Shown here piece by piece: positions 39,159 to 52,770 of a stretch of DNA of 64,000 nt. Position 1 is the first letter of the stretch. Every line of letters starts with the position of its first letter. The stretch is from the NCBI RefSeq assembly GCF_008831285.2, contig NC_045138.2, positions 36,270,001 to 36,334,000 on the forward strand, read 5' to 3'. The notes beneath the pieces are model-generated. The model ran no database searches. It was not told where the DNA came from and saw only the letters and a list, made by a program, of their open reading frames with translations. The position numbers and the translations under genes are program-made. Source of the stretch: Nymphaea colorata (taxonomy: Eukaryota).

Positions 39159-41726
39159 TCACCTTCTTGCAGGCTTATAGAGAACCACGTTGACATATTT
39201 TTCCCGGAACCTGTGGGTCAGGCCAAATGCTACAAGTGACTGAGTGTCCACGTCCTTCTCAATGAACAGATGGTTCAGGATCACATGATGAGGTCTCAGA
39301 GGTACCCCTGGAGCTTCTTGCATTCCCAGCACCGTAACCTCAATATGAGGTGGTTCCAGTGGGGGTTCCTTTGTGTAATCCTCCACAACCTGGAAAGGCC
39401 TGTTGTAGCTAGAATCTGGCGAAGGAGGAGCTTCAAACTCTTTCACATTCCCAATACTCTCTGGAACATATTCCTTCATAGAAATGAAATGAAAAATGAG
39501 GCCATGGATAAGAAGCATTACATTATGTGAGAGTGTCCAAGATGCTGCAGATATCAATTGTGTAAGGGAAAAAAAAAAAAAACAGAAAACTTCAATAGTC
39601 GGTGTTATTGATTCTTCATGTGAATGAATAAAGATGATGTGATGGATAAAGGTGCTGCTTGTCAGCTTGCTCTCCTTTCCAGCCTTTCTTTTTGGCTAAA
39701 AACTGGAAAGGATTGATTATCACTGATGATAGGGTATAATAGCTCTTAGAGTATGCTGTCTGTAAAAATCACCTGCAATAAGCAAGTTATAACAATTGCC
39801 GTTTTTTGGTAGTTTTCAGTGCACCAAATAAGAAATCTCTGACGACATTGCCACCAATTTTTAAGTGCGACATGATGAAGCTCCTAACCTACCATAGAAA
39901 TTTTAAAACAAATTTTCCAAATACAGAGAGTTGTGATTGTCATATGCTAATTTTAGAAACTATTCATTCCTTGGCAAGTTCCCTGATGTACTTGAAGCAT
40001 TGACTGCACGCATTAGGAGAAACTTACATATACCTGCACCTCAAGAAGATTATTGACACAACCCATGTCATCTGGTACACAAGGGAGATCAGGTATGTAT
40101 CTCCATTCACCATCGACAATAAATTTGTACTGGTAAAGCCCAGAAGGAAGAACCAACAGAATCACATGATCCTTGCCTGTACTTATCAGTGGCTTCCTAT
40201 AAAAGTACACATGTAAGTCAGATAACATTCGAACATTTTAATACACTATACAACTATAACTAGGGAAAGATGACATCGAGATATAAAGAAAAAGGCTACA
40301 TAAAGCAACGACAGAGATATGATATCTGCATTGACTGCAGTAATGCAACTAAATGATCTGCATACCTTGATGTCCAGTTGTCCCATGAACCTTGTACAAC
40401 GACTTCATTGCCACCAAAGCTCCAAGTGATCAAAACTGGGATTCCTTGATCTTGAATTAGATCCATAGATTCATAAGGGTCGTCCGTCCATGGATGATTG
40501 GGACATTGATGTTCTGAAGAGCTGTTTAGTGGAGGCACAGGCTCCTGCCAATTGAATCTACAATTAATTGATCATGCTAAATTTTGATTTCCCAAGTGCA
40601 ATACATTGAAACACACACCCTTGAATTTCACAATAAACAAAAACCAGGACCGAGGAAGAAAAAATAACCTACCCCAGGATATCCACCTTGTTCAGTTGAA
40701 TTCAGGTCATATCGTGTAACTACTCACTCAAGCACAACTTGATATGCTGATCCACCTAACGCTATCCACTACGACATCTATAAAACAAAACATGCAAGAC
40801 ACTAATATTGGTCTTTCATGGAACCTGCAGAACTTGTTTCCGAGTATTTATGGTCATTTTAATAGCTTTTTACCAGCATTCTCATGGCAATCCATAATCA
40901 AAAGGATCATGGTTTCTAATGCATCGGCCTTTAGGAGACTAAAAGTTCCAGTATTGTGGCAATCACTGTGTTATTCAAGCTAAAGAACCTGGTGTCCATT
41001 CAATCTACAAATGAATGTACGACATACAACCAATAAACCGTGCCATTAGCAATGAAATATACAGGTCAAGCTGGTATAGTTTATCAAGATTACTACAACT
41101 GATCATAATTTTATTAAGTGCCATTCTAAATCTTTCTTGCCCTTTGGCTTCCTCCCTCGAAAATAAAAAATAAAGTCAAACGTGGAAAAAAAACGTCCAC
41201 GCATGCCAATTTATTTTTCCTTAGGGAAGGTAGCGTTAGACGTGTATGAATTTTTGTGTTAGATAAAGTTAGCTACACATCTACATTTAAAATTTCTGTA
41301 ATACAGAAGCAGCTTTTCACTTTTTTATACGAGTTTAATATTTTTAAGGATAAAGTTAATGTTTTCCCATTAACAAAAACACAAACAGTTATCTGTAAAC
41401 ATCAAATGTTAATATTTATATTGTGTTATTTAGTTAGCTTTACAAGTAGGAACAATAGAAAAGCTACATTTTGTAGTCTATTCCTAATAAACTCATAAAT
41501 GACATGTTTTTATAAAATGAAAAAATATTTCAAAAACCTTAAAGAAGAATATTATTCACCAAAATATATCTCATGACATTAATGTCCTTTTTAAGAAACT
41601 TTTGAAAAGATATTCACAATATACTCTTTAGAATACATAAATATGAAAAAAATAATAAAAACTGCAGAATAAATATAATAAAATGTATAAAAATTTGAGA
41701 AAATGTGATAGTTCTGAATATTACTT

Positions 41727-41763
<37 letters not shown>

Positions 41764-42412
41764 TGTTTTTATTTGTTGTAATTCAAATACAAAAGTTGTG
41801 CTTTAAATTTAAATTTGATCGCTTCGTGATTTAGTTGAATGTTTGCGCTCCTCTAAAAAAGTTCTGGCTCCTTATTTCTCCTGAAACAGTCTCCTATGTT
41901 ATTTTTCACGAATCTCAATTCGCCAATCATGCAAGAAGCAACACTGCGTATCAAATCCGATTTTATTATTCATTGAGGAGCATTGCTGAGTAGGTGTGCG
42001 CGCCTGTGCGTGTGTGAGAGCAGAGGGCAAAAGATACTCGAAAGAAAACAAAAAAGGAAACAAAGGAGAGGATCAACAGGAGAATGCCAGAGATCGTAAA
42101 GAAAAAAATGCGAGAATAAAGAAAACAGAAAAAATCAGGGGAAAACAAAAACAAAGGATGAAGGACTATTGCAGCATTTGAGATCCGCGTTACCGGAGGC
42201 ATGGAGAGGATCGGAGGGCGCGACCTCCTGGGGTTCCGCAAAGCAGAACTGCCGATCGAGTCGAGGGACGCCGGTCGAGCAATACGGCGAGAATCCGACG
42301 ACATCTCGGAATTAAAACCGCCCGGGACGTTCCCTCCGGGGCCACCCAACCTGGCTCCGCGATCCTGAGCGGCATTTTCGCCACCGGCCTCGACGACGTT
42401 CGCATTCCCCAT
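39159..42412 (-). CDS. KINB: SNF1-related kinase (SnRK1) regulatory beta subunit, 4 exons
   Basis: MGNAN N-terminus (myristoylation Gly2). Exons 42412-42194, 40544-40366 (GIPVLITWSFGGNEVVVQGSWDNWTS), 40196-40034 (LPSGLYQYKFIVDGEWRY, carbohydrate-binding module) and 39473-39159 (ASC domain PHHVILNHLF...THRFREKYVNVVLYKP). Confidence 0.95.
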
Positions 42413-45400
42413 CCCCACTCCGTTCACTCTAGGGGAGGCGCTAGACCATTAGGAATGACGGCGCTCGGGCGTGAGATGCGATTTTCCGGCTACCGTTGAG
42501 CGTCAAACCAGAGGGAGGGGGAGAGAGACGGCAATGCGGAGAGTTTTCGGAACCCAGAGACCGGCTCCATTGGGAACTATTTGTCGTGGTTTTCCGCGTG
42601 ATCTTGAATTACAAAAAAGCCTTCAACCAACAAAATAATGACTTTTAGTATTTCGCCCCTGACCGACTGCACCAAGTTGGAACATCATTCCTTTTATCTC
42701 TTTGGTGGATCGGGTCAAACATTTGCTTCATTGGTCGTTCTATCTACTTCTAATAAAATATATACTAATCTTTGGGATACATTGATGGAATAATATGTCA
42801 CCAAACACTTAGCTTAGCATATATTTAGACATAGAATGGGTCGATACTTTGAATAATTAAAATGTAATGTACACCCTATCGGGCGAGGTAGCATGATTTT
42901 GAAATCTACAAAGAGCCAGACCCTGATCTAAAATATCCAAAATCCGGTTCCCTTCCAAGTCAAGGCCCGAGGCCGGGTTCATTTGTAGGTTCACTGCCAT
43001 CTAAACACGACAATGAAGATTGATGGTCCATGTTGGCCGAGGCTGAATCCAGGTTGGTCGCCCAAGGCCCCAAGACCGACGAAGATGGGCTCGTTCAAAT
43101 ATGAAGTCTTTCCCGGCGAGCCCAGTCCAGGCTGAATGCCTCGGTCTAGTTTGAGTTTGACCGTCCTGTTGAGGCCAAATGAGGAGTTTTTGGATAAGAG
43201 ATGGGCATTCAAGTACCTCCGACCCTGCTGATGTGGAAGTACAAGTGGATAGGCATTCTGAGGTGGCGGGGTGGGGCCACAAGTCCTATGTTTACCACGT
43301 GGTGCGCGGATATTGTCTTACTTCGTCGGTCGCTTTCTGGTCCCGCTCGGCCTACTTGGTGGTTATCTGCTCGGGCCCACTCAAACCTAGGCTCGGCTTA
43401 GTGGGTCCTGTTGGGTGGGCCTTGGCTCTTAGGGACCGGACCGACTATATATGTTTTGGACATTGTCAAGTTAAGTAAATATTGGACTTGTCACATCTTG
43501 TTATGATTGTTATATTAAATATATTATTTCAATTAAATTACTGCAATAAGATTTTTTTTTGCCAAAAAAAGTGTTTTTTTTTTTTTTTTTAATTCGTTAT
43601 GATCGCTCAGTCTCGGTCCTGGCTTATTATTAGGTAAAAAGCTTGCGATCAAATTCGAATCCAATTATATCGAAAATTGGATTTAATTTATACAATAATT
43701 GAATGCGTTCTTTAAATTCACACCTTGAATTAAATCCAAATCCTGCTTTTAAATTGACAACTATGTTCGATTCTGGCATTTGGACGAACAATCAATTGCA
43801 AACCGCATTATAATACGTCAGAACCAACTTTTAAAATGTATATACATTGGATACACTATTGGAATAGAATTTGAATCGGATTGTATATTTATTCAAAGCA
43901 AGTTTGGATTTGATCAGATGTCATTTATTGCATTTAGGTGTGAATGGCCTTCTTAATTTGATGATATTAAATATTTTTCATATCCAACCTTCGTGGAGCA
44001 GTTCAGTCGAATGTTTGATTTGAATCCAAACAACTGACATTGCTAATGTCAACATAGTTACGGGCCTAGACCCATCCCTGCGTCAAGCATGTCGACATCA
44101 TTTCTATCTGAATTGATACTGTTTGGGTTGGCTACCTGACGTTAAGAAAATCAACTATATGACACATGAAATGATATTAGACACAGTTAAATTCTTTATG
44201 TTTATATGTTCCATTAAATTATTTGATGTTAAAATATTTGTTTTGACCCATAATAAAAAAATGTCAGTGAATAGGATTCGAATCAAATGTACTCTTTACC
44301 ATACGTGCTTACGAGATGTTCATATATCCAAATCCAAAACCCAATTGAAAAAAGTTACATATCATGTCCAAATATAAATACTAACATACCTAAACCTGAC
44401 ATTTAAATCGAACCCAAACCAGATTACAAAATACTAAGATTTGACTTTAAGAGCAAATATATTTTAAACATAGAATATTTGTTTAAAATTAAATCTGAAT
44501 GCAGGTATTTATTTAAATACTATTCTGAAAAAGAGCTGCTTGGGGAACTTTAAAAGCTTGAGATTGCTTTTGGAAAATTATGTACCTTTCATGGGTGGAT
44601 TTATATATAAATATAATATTTTGGAGGGAAGGGTTTTATTGTGCTCGTTCCCCTCCTCTTTTCGAGTGAGTGTTGAGAGAATTACAGAGGAAGGGAGAAC
44701 GAGAGAGAGAGAGAAAGAGAGCGTGGAGGAAAAAGAGGAGAGAACGAGAGAACAAGGGGGGCGACGGGAGAGATTGAAAGGAAGAAAGTGGGCGGCAAGA
44801 AGGTGAGATTTATTAATGAAAATTCCTTTTTATCAATTTTGTATTATACTGAGAATTTATTGTTTAATTAATTGCTTTTAACGATTGTTGGTGAGAAATT
44901 TTGGATTGGGTTAGTGTTTATATGGATTCTTGTGCTACAGAGAATATTTGTTGATCATATGTTGTTATATTATAGGAAATGTTTGTCGCCCCTTGATTCA
45001 GGTCTCTCTCTGTCTCTCTGATGGACCGAGGTATTTCCACAACTAGTGCACGCTTTTGTTTTTGTTTTTTTTAGCCATGATGGACATACTATGTGACTTA
45101 GAAATCAACCAAACAAGTAAAGCGCTGAGGAATTATTGATGGCGAAGATTTAAGACATAGGATGTGTTTGAGCAAGCTGAGTCTGATAGAAATATTTTGC
45201 CCGAGGACAACTCTTGGTCAGATCGTGCTAGATAGCAACACTAAACATGCAAAGTATGGTCCTGAATCCAAATACGGATTTAAAACATATGTGCGCTAGG
45301 AACTTGTTGGTATTTGAAATTATTGTCATGCTAGGCTGCCTCCCAATAAAAGATGTCCCAAGTATGCACATGTGTACTTTATGAATGTGATGAGCCAAAC

Positions 45401-45780
45401 ATCAGAATAACATCAGAATTTATCTGGCTTATTGTATGAAGGTAAAAAATACAAGATGTCTATCAGACAGCAACTGTATTTTCTTTAGCGTGAGGGATTT
45501 TCGACTGAAGTTCAACAGGTTAAATTATTGAGTTTTACAGAATGTGATGAGATTGTTACCTGGGCAGGCCAAACTACAGGGCTTTATTAAACCCGGTTCA
45601 TGATGGATTATACACACATCATGTACGTAACAATTCATTTTAGTTAGATATGTGAACTTATAGTTCTGTTTTCTATAGAAATTTTTGAACAGTTACGGTT
45701 GGGTTAATCATGCTGTAGTTTTGCACAGCGGAAGTAATTAAGAAGTCAGCTCTCTGAGGCCTGCACTTTTTAGTTTCAAA

Positions 45781-48700
45781 ATGTCATCCTTGAAGAATGT
45801 AATCCACAGGCGCATTCACAAGGAGCGGAATCAGCCGTGAGTATTACCACTTTATCTGCTTACTGATTGTTGTTATTATATAGTTATAGTTCTAAAATGT
45901 TTGGCTGGTGTACTATCGGCAGAGAATCAAGGAAAAAGTTTGGTTTCCTTCAGAAACATAAAGACTACGTTCTAAGGGCTCGGGACTTTCATAAAAAAGA
46001 GGAAACAATCCGAGTAGGCTCTCTCTCTCTCTCTCTCGTGGACACACCCACTCACCCCTAAGACACATTACAGGTGTCTTTTTTTTTTTTTTTGTACAAC
46101 AAAACAGCACTCTTAGTGGTTGCCATTGGTGAAGTATGTCTAGCTTATTGTTGTGCTTGCTTGGCTTGCAGAAACTTAAAGAGAAAGCAGCATTCAAGAA
46201 CCCTGATGAATTTTATTTTAAGATGGTCAACACAAGGACTGTTGACGGAGTACACAAATCTGAGTAATATGAAAACTATTATAGTTTTTGTTTCTAATGA
46301 TCCTTTAAGTGATATGTTTAGTTAATTTTTTGGGACTCTGTATCTCAGGAATCGAGCCAACAAATACAGTGCTGACGAACTCTTGATGATGAAGACTCAA
46401 GACATGGGCTATGTGTTACAGAAATCTCAGAGTGAAAAGAAGGTCTTTCTTTTTGGTTAAATATTTGTGTTTCTCGTATGCAACTTTTGAAATTGAACTG
46501 ATTTTTTAATTTTCTTTTACCAGAAAATTGAAAGATTGTCCTCCACATTGCATTATCTAGGCAATCGTCCAGCAAGTAAACACATTTATTTTGCTGATGA
46601 TAGGTAACGGCTTTTCAGATTTCTAATTTGGAGCCTTTCTTTTGAGATGATGCATACAGCCCCTTAGACAATAGAAGTTGGAAACAAGTATGTGTCATGC
46701 AGCAATGTCCACCACACTCCTTTCTCGTGTTATTAATTCAAAATTTTGGGGGCAGGAGATTGCAGTAACTTGTGAATTCTTTACTTTAAATAATCACTAG
46801 CTAACTGCTGGTAGTCAGTAGGTACTGTTTCTTTCTATGACTTTATTGTAGTTAAAAGGTGATGTTTATCGCGGGTAGCTCTGTTTGATGTTACCTGATT
46901 GATTTAGTGTAATTTGTTTTTCTTTCTTGATGGAAAAAGAGCTATGATGAGGTTGCCATGTGCTGTATCCAGTTTGGGTGAATACCTCTTACCTGTCTCT
47001 TTGTCTGGCTGAGTTGTGTGTCTTGGTTGGTGTTGAATCTTCTGAATGTAGTTCTTTTACCTGAACGATGAAACTATGACTCTCTGCAGAATGAGCTCGA
47101 CATCATGTTGAATTCTGGTTTTCCAGTTGCCTGTTAGCATCTTCTCCAACCTGCCCACTATTTATCCCTTTGCTATCTTTCTTGCATTGTTTAGGTTGCT
47201 TAGGTGTTGCTATTTTCAGGTCAGCAATCAGTCAGTACACCTGATTCAGGTTAATGTCATCACAATATGCCTGGCTCTGATTGGGCTGTATTCTATGTTC
47301 TGTCATCAATGTCCAGTCTTGGTGACATTGTCTTTATTAGTCTGGTTCACTAGAAGGGGTATAACCCATTCTCTAAATGTTTTAGATTTTCTCTGGGAAT
47401 TTTTTGGACTTTTGAGTAACAGGGTAATAAAAAAATGAATTTATGCTTGTGTGGATGATCATGTTCTCATTGTGCATGGCCTGGAAAATCTTTGAGATGG
47501 ACCTTCTACTTACCTTGGCCGGTTCCAGATTAGTTCCCTAAATTATATTTTCATCTGGAAGTAAACTTGCATTGCATGAAGGCCAAATCCCAAACGTCAT
47601 GACTGCACATCAGGGAATAGATGCCGTCTTAATGAACATGCTTTTAAAAGCATATCTCATTAATCGCACACATGATTGGGTCTCTTGAGAGAGTCTCGTA
47701 CATCCCAACTTGTCAAACCATTGGACCCTTACTCTTGTGACTGGAGAGGGAGTTTAAGTGACACCTCATATCATGATTAGACATTTGAGATGGATGTCTC
47801 ATGACCCTAGCGTGCCACACCCTTGGAGAGAATCGCTCCTCCTTTCTTTTCTTCCTCCTGCTTGTTACAAAGAATTGCCAATTTAAGTTTCTGTTTGCTT
47901 GACAAGGGTACTACTAGTTGACTTCTGGTATGAGCTTCACGGGGAAGTCAAATCCATGTTCTCTTTAATCTCAGGTTTCTATATGTGCCTGCTGATGGCA
48001 GCCAGTTCCCTAGTTAGGCCCTTGTTGTATTGGTTTTGATCTTGCTGGATGCTAACAGAATTCTTGTTTGTTGTCTGTGTGACCTAGGGAGGAGGCTAAA
48101 GAGATAAGATCACATTTATCTGAAAAAGAAGCGTCTCCCCATTCTAGATCTGCAGATATGCCTGAAATAATAAAGTACCATTTTCTCCTCTATTATAGCC
48201 AATCATCTGTTTTTTGTCTTTTTATTCTGAACTTTTCATTGTATGTTTCCTCAATTTTTAAAGTCTAATTGAAATTAGTGCAAAGTTACAAATTGTGAAG
48301 AATCAGGTTCATCAGATTATCAGGAAATAATAAATTTTCTCTATGATCATCATCTAGGAGCCAGATGCATTTTACTTTGGATTAAAAAGTTGGATTGTTG
48401 GTTTTCTGATTCAGAAACTCCAGCTAGTGAGTTCTGCATTGAACCGGGTACCAGAGGTGGTCCTCTTTTAAATGCTCAATTCAGGAAAAACCAATCATAC
48501 AACTTGATAAACACCTGTGGCTAGTTTATTTGTCAAACTGTTAGCCTTTCCTTCTGCTTCATTTTCAGTGTACAGTGTAATTAAGACTGTCCATTCTCTT
48601 TAGCTTAGTAGTCAAAAGCACGGGGACTTAGGTGGCCACCTAGGCTCCCAAGTGATCAAAATGTCTTAAAACTTTTCTTCTTTTTCCTCATTCTATTTTT

Positions 48701-49172
48701 ACCTTTCTTCTTTTTTCGATTTTGATTCTTGCATTTCTTTTTCTTCTCGTTCTCCTCCTTGCTCTTTTTTTCCCCTTCATTTACCATTTTTGGGCCGGTT
48801 AGGCTCACCCTTTTGCAAGTCCACTGCTTAGGCCTGCCTAGCACCTTTGGCTACTAAGCCCTCTAGTGAGATTCTTGTGTGTATGCTATTCAGGAAAACT
48901 GCTGCATCGTATGAGGAATTGGAGGCCAGGAAGAAGAGAGTGCATACTTTAGAAAGGATGCACATGAACATGGCATTGCAGAGGGAGTTGCAGGTTCTTC
49001 TCTTCTCCTGTACATATAGCATCATGCAATCACCACACTTCACGGTTCTTTCTAAGATTTTATGATTTCTTTTGATCAGAAGAAAGGAAGAAAAAGGAAG
49101 CTTCGTGATGATGAGCTTGTTTGCCCGACAGACCAACCTGTGTACAAATGGCGGAAGGAGAGGAAACGTTAG
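45781..49172 (+). CDS. UTP11: U3 snoRNA-associated protein 11 (SSU processome)
   Basis: MSSLKNVIHRRIHKERNQP..RKKFGFLQKHKDYVLRARDFHKKE..KAAFKNPDEFYF..LMMKTQDMGYV..SYEELEARKKR..PVYKWRKERKR*, TAG at 49170-49172. 5'-UTR intron ~44803-45728. Confidence 0.94.
48603..48859 (-). mobile_element. MITE-like element with 14-bp terminal inverted repeats in a UTP11 intron
   Basis: GCTTAGTAGTCAAA ... TTTGGCTACTAAGC (1 mismatch); pyrimidine-rich core; related copy at 11448 in the opposite orientation. No clear TSD. Confidence 0.65.
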
Positions 49173-49754
49173 ATGGAGTGGAAGGACCGACTAAAAGAAC
49201 AATCAGACTCAACGGGAGGTCCGTCATAGTGTACTTTGTTTTTGAAAAATGTGTCACAAATATCACTTGATTGTCAGAAGAAAATTTTTTGGTAGGCCAT
49301 TTAAGGAATTCTCTTCTAGGCACTTTTACGTAAATCGATGCTTTTTTTCAACTTTCGGAATGACTGATGAGAGACCCATTCATGAGCTGTATCCTTGTTG
49401 TAAAGGATTTCTGGAGAAATTTTCATGGGAATGAGAAATTCACTTCCTTTTATGGATGATCGATGTGGTTAAGAACTTATGTAGAATCAATGGCATAACT
49501 GGGCCTCCTTAAGTCTACCCGAGCTGCGTCTCTAATGTATTTGGACCTGACTCGGATTGATGTTGATAAGTCTTCTGCTTGGGGACAAAGTTGAAATCTA
49601 ACCGTCTCATAAATGAGATGGTTGGACAACTTTTGGTTCGTTCCACCGTTTTTTGAATTAAAATGGTTTGGAGTAAGTTACTACTCTCTCTGGTCCCCTT
49701 AGAAGCAGAGAGATCAGAGATGAAGCAATCGAGTCGTAGGATCCCAGGTTGGTG

Positions 49755-49837
49755 CGGGACCGCGGTGGCTCGGGACCTACAGCTTCCGCCTTGAGTCCTT
49801 GACAGGGCAGTGCTCTGACCAATTGAACTACAATGTC
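49755..49837 (-). pseudogene. trnD-GUC: Decayed plastid-type tRNA-Asp (trnD-GUC) within an organelle-derived insertion
   Basis: The reverse complement contains ATTGTAGTTCAATTGGTCAGAGCACTGCCCTGTCAAGG..GCGGAAGCTGT, matching plastid trnD as recalled. An 8-nt insertion duplicates CCTTGA beside the anticodon, and the T-arm and acceptor are damaged. Confidence 0.85.
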
Positions 49838-51653
49838 AAGAAAATGTTTACTTTGATTTTATATTTTATTTCGTTGACCCATAGCTTTGTAGAGAACTCA
49901 TCGAAGGAAAAAAGGTGTAATCACGGATATACCTTAATGTACATATCTACATAGATATAAGAGAAGATGGGTATATTCCAGTTTGTACCCGAGCAACACC
50001 TGTTTTTTTTTTTTTTTTTTTTTTTATCTTGGGATGCATTCGATACGTGATCTGAAATAGAACCGAGTCAAAACATGAGCTGCAAATTATCTTTTAGATC
50101 TTTCAGCTTCGTTAGAACGGTGGTTTCAGTAAATCGAAGTGGGTATGGTTTCTTTGTCTTCACATAACGAAAAACAACTCTTCTGGTGGGTGATGTGGCT
50201 ATGCTGTCAAGATGTCACATGATATTTGAACTTACGAACGCTGTGCTAACCCCTTGAATTGATGGTTGCATGGTCATTGTTAAAAGATGCTATCTCACCT
50301 GGTTTAAAAGAAAATCTGTTGAAACTTTATCGGTTCGTACTTAAGTTGATTCGATCATATTCAACAACCCGGCAGAAGGTTCAGTTTTTAACATAGGAAT
50401 GACCAATGTGCTCTTTGAAAAACTTCTCATGTGTCTCTTGTTCACCAAAATTGTACTTCGGATTTTGCTGCAGAGACTTCCGGACTGCCATCAGATTTAA
50501 ATTTTGAAACATTTGTCATGGTAGATCTTTTGGGTTGCCGCAGAATTTTGCTACCCTGTGGGATTTTGAGTCTAAACAGTATAGATCACAACGGCATAAT
50601 CAGATTTGACCAAGACGAATGTAGAACATTGAATTTTTAGTAATAGTTTGCAGGTGCTGCTTGCACAAGTTCCCAAGTCATTACAGTCGTTCGTTCGCAA
50701 CTTTGACATCATATTAATGCACCATGATGTAGGTCGAATATTGTCAAGTCCAGCTCCTACAAATCTTGTATGTTGGCTCATAGTTAGAGATGTTAACAGA
50801 CCGGATTCGAATGAGAGTACCGTATCTAATTTAGCTGATGTTCACATATTCATATTGAAATTTGGAAAATGAGGATGAAGAAAAGTCTATTAACATTATT
50901 CGAATCCAATTTTTAAATACGCATTATGAGTTTGATATGAATCCCACCCTTTGTTTTCACATCCAACCCAAATTTGAATTTTAAATATACAACCGAATCT
51001 AAAGTTCATTATGATATGTTAAAAAGCAAAATTCAAAAAATATATAAACATTGGAAACAAATCCTGATTCGAGTTCAAAACTAAATCTGAAACTGAATAA
51101 ATCTCATTTTTTAAGTCTGAATCCGATTCGATCATCTAAGACGTCAGCTCTTTTTCCATACATGGCTTTAAACTCTATCAATTTTTGAAAGGGGAGAGAG
51201 AGAGAAGCTGTATACTAAATTTCAATCATGAAATCAGAGAGAAGGGTCCACTTGAGCAGTTGAGTAATAGTGGATATTTATGACTCTTGGCCTTTACTCC
51301 TTCAGTCACAAACTCCTTTCTCTGCATTGAGTCTTCCCCTCTCTCTCTCCCCTTTTTTTTTTTAATGGCCATAAAGTCATCTCCTATTGTCAGTTGGGAT
51401 GTAGGGCACATGGGGTGCCCTTTAAATTCAATTTCCCATTAATACACATCTAACCCAAGAGAGAGAGAGAGAGAGAGACAGAGCTCAGACTTTGACATAG
51501 TAGTCAAATCTGTACTCCCTCTCATACATTCATAAATGCTCCACATTTACAAGCCTTTCACTGTTAGAAGCAGACTATCCTCTTAACTCCCTGCTCTTTC
51601 CAACTTTCTTTGCTAACAAAATGGAACAAATCATGGAAAAGTTTCCAACTTTC

Positions 51654-51668
51654 TCTCTCTCTCTCTCT

Positions 51669-51712
<44 letters not shown>
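51654..51712. repeat. (TC)n followed by (TA)n microsatellite
   Basis: Directly visible. Confidence 0.9.
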
Positions 51713-51716
<4 letters not shown>

Positions 51717-51725
51717 AGAGAGAGA

Positions 51726-51855
51726 GATGTATATGTCTTACACGATAAAAACATGGAGAAAGACAGGAAAACTGGGCAGCGAGAGAGAGAGAGAGAGAGA
51801 GATGTATATGTCTTACACGATAAAAACATGGAGAAAGACAGGAAAACTGGGCAGC
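51726..51855 (+). repeat. 55-bp unit duplicated with a (GA)10 spacer (period 75)
   Basis: GATGTATATGTCTTACACGATAAAAACATGGAGAAAGACAGGAAAACTGGGCAGC at 51726 and 51801. Confidence 0.93.
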
Positions 51856-52223
51856 ATACGTACCATCGAAGCAGAGAAAACAAATGGGCCATTAATTTGG
51901 CCGACGCACGGGAGCGGAACTGGAGTCTACATTCACTGGCTTCACTTAGTCCTAGGGACCAGGTTCCGTCCCACCCGGATATCATACTTGTATTAGAATC
52001 TGTTTGCTGAGCTTTGAATGTGAATCGTTATCTGACAAGAACAAAATTAACCGGATTCAACAGTCGCATCTGAATTCCGTTTAGGTTCTTCCAACCGATC
52101 GTCGATCAATTGCACGAGTATGCGAGTCTAACTTTTACATAAAAAATTTGGATTCCAAATGATGTTTGATAATTAAATTTAAATAGTATATTCTTGTCCC
52201 TCACGTCACTGGTCGGACGTAAG

Positions 52224-52260
<37 letters not shown>

Positions 52261-52739
52261 CTGAGTAAAGTAATTTTATATATGATATCAAACAATGATT
52301 CTTATATTAATCTATAAAGTCCCTGTATTCACTTAGTTTAAAAAATGAGAGATAGTGTGTGAATGCTTAGCTCGCTTTAAACAAGGTAAATGTACCATGG
52401 GATTGGCGGAAGTACCAAAGTTTTCATTTACAAAATTCTCAAGTCCTTCCTCTGCCAACAAACAGATTGTCTTTTGCTTTTTCTTTTTTTTTTTTATGAT
52501 GTTTGATATTGGTACGTGGATTAGCTGACACAAAAAGAAAGGATCTTAACTAATAAAAATTTACATTCGATTGTTTGATGAAGACATAAATAAATGAAAC
52601 TTTTTGGACTGTCAAGATCTAATCTCTTATTTAAAAATTGCTCTCTTCACATGTTATTTTCTTACAATTGCCGGACATTGTGGTTAGAAAATTTATGGTC
52701 CCACACTTGGGTATGTAAAAGGGAAACCTCTACCAACTG

Positions 52740-52770
<31 letters not shown>

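Noticed and set aside
42950..43490. GC-rich tract with several overlapping ORFs between KINB and UTP11
   Set aside because: No recognisable protein motif; possibly an LTR remnant, but no termini, PBS or TSD could be identified.
31454..51855. Short direct repeats as a CRISPR-like array
   Set aside because: Eukaryotic context, only two-copy duplications and no repeat-spacer series.
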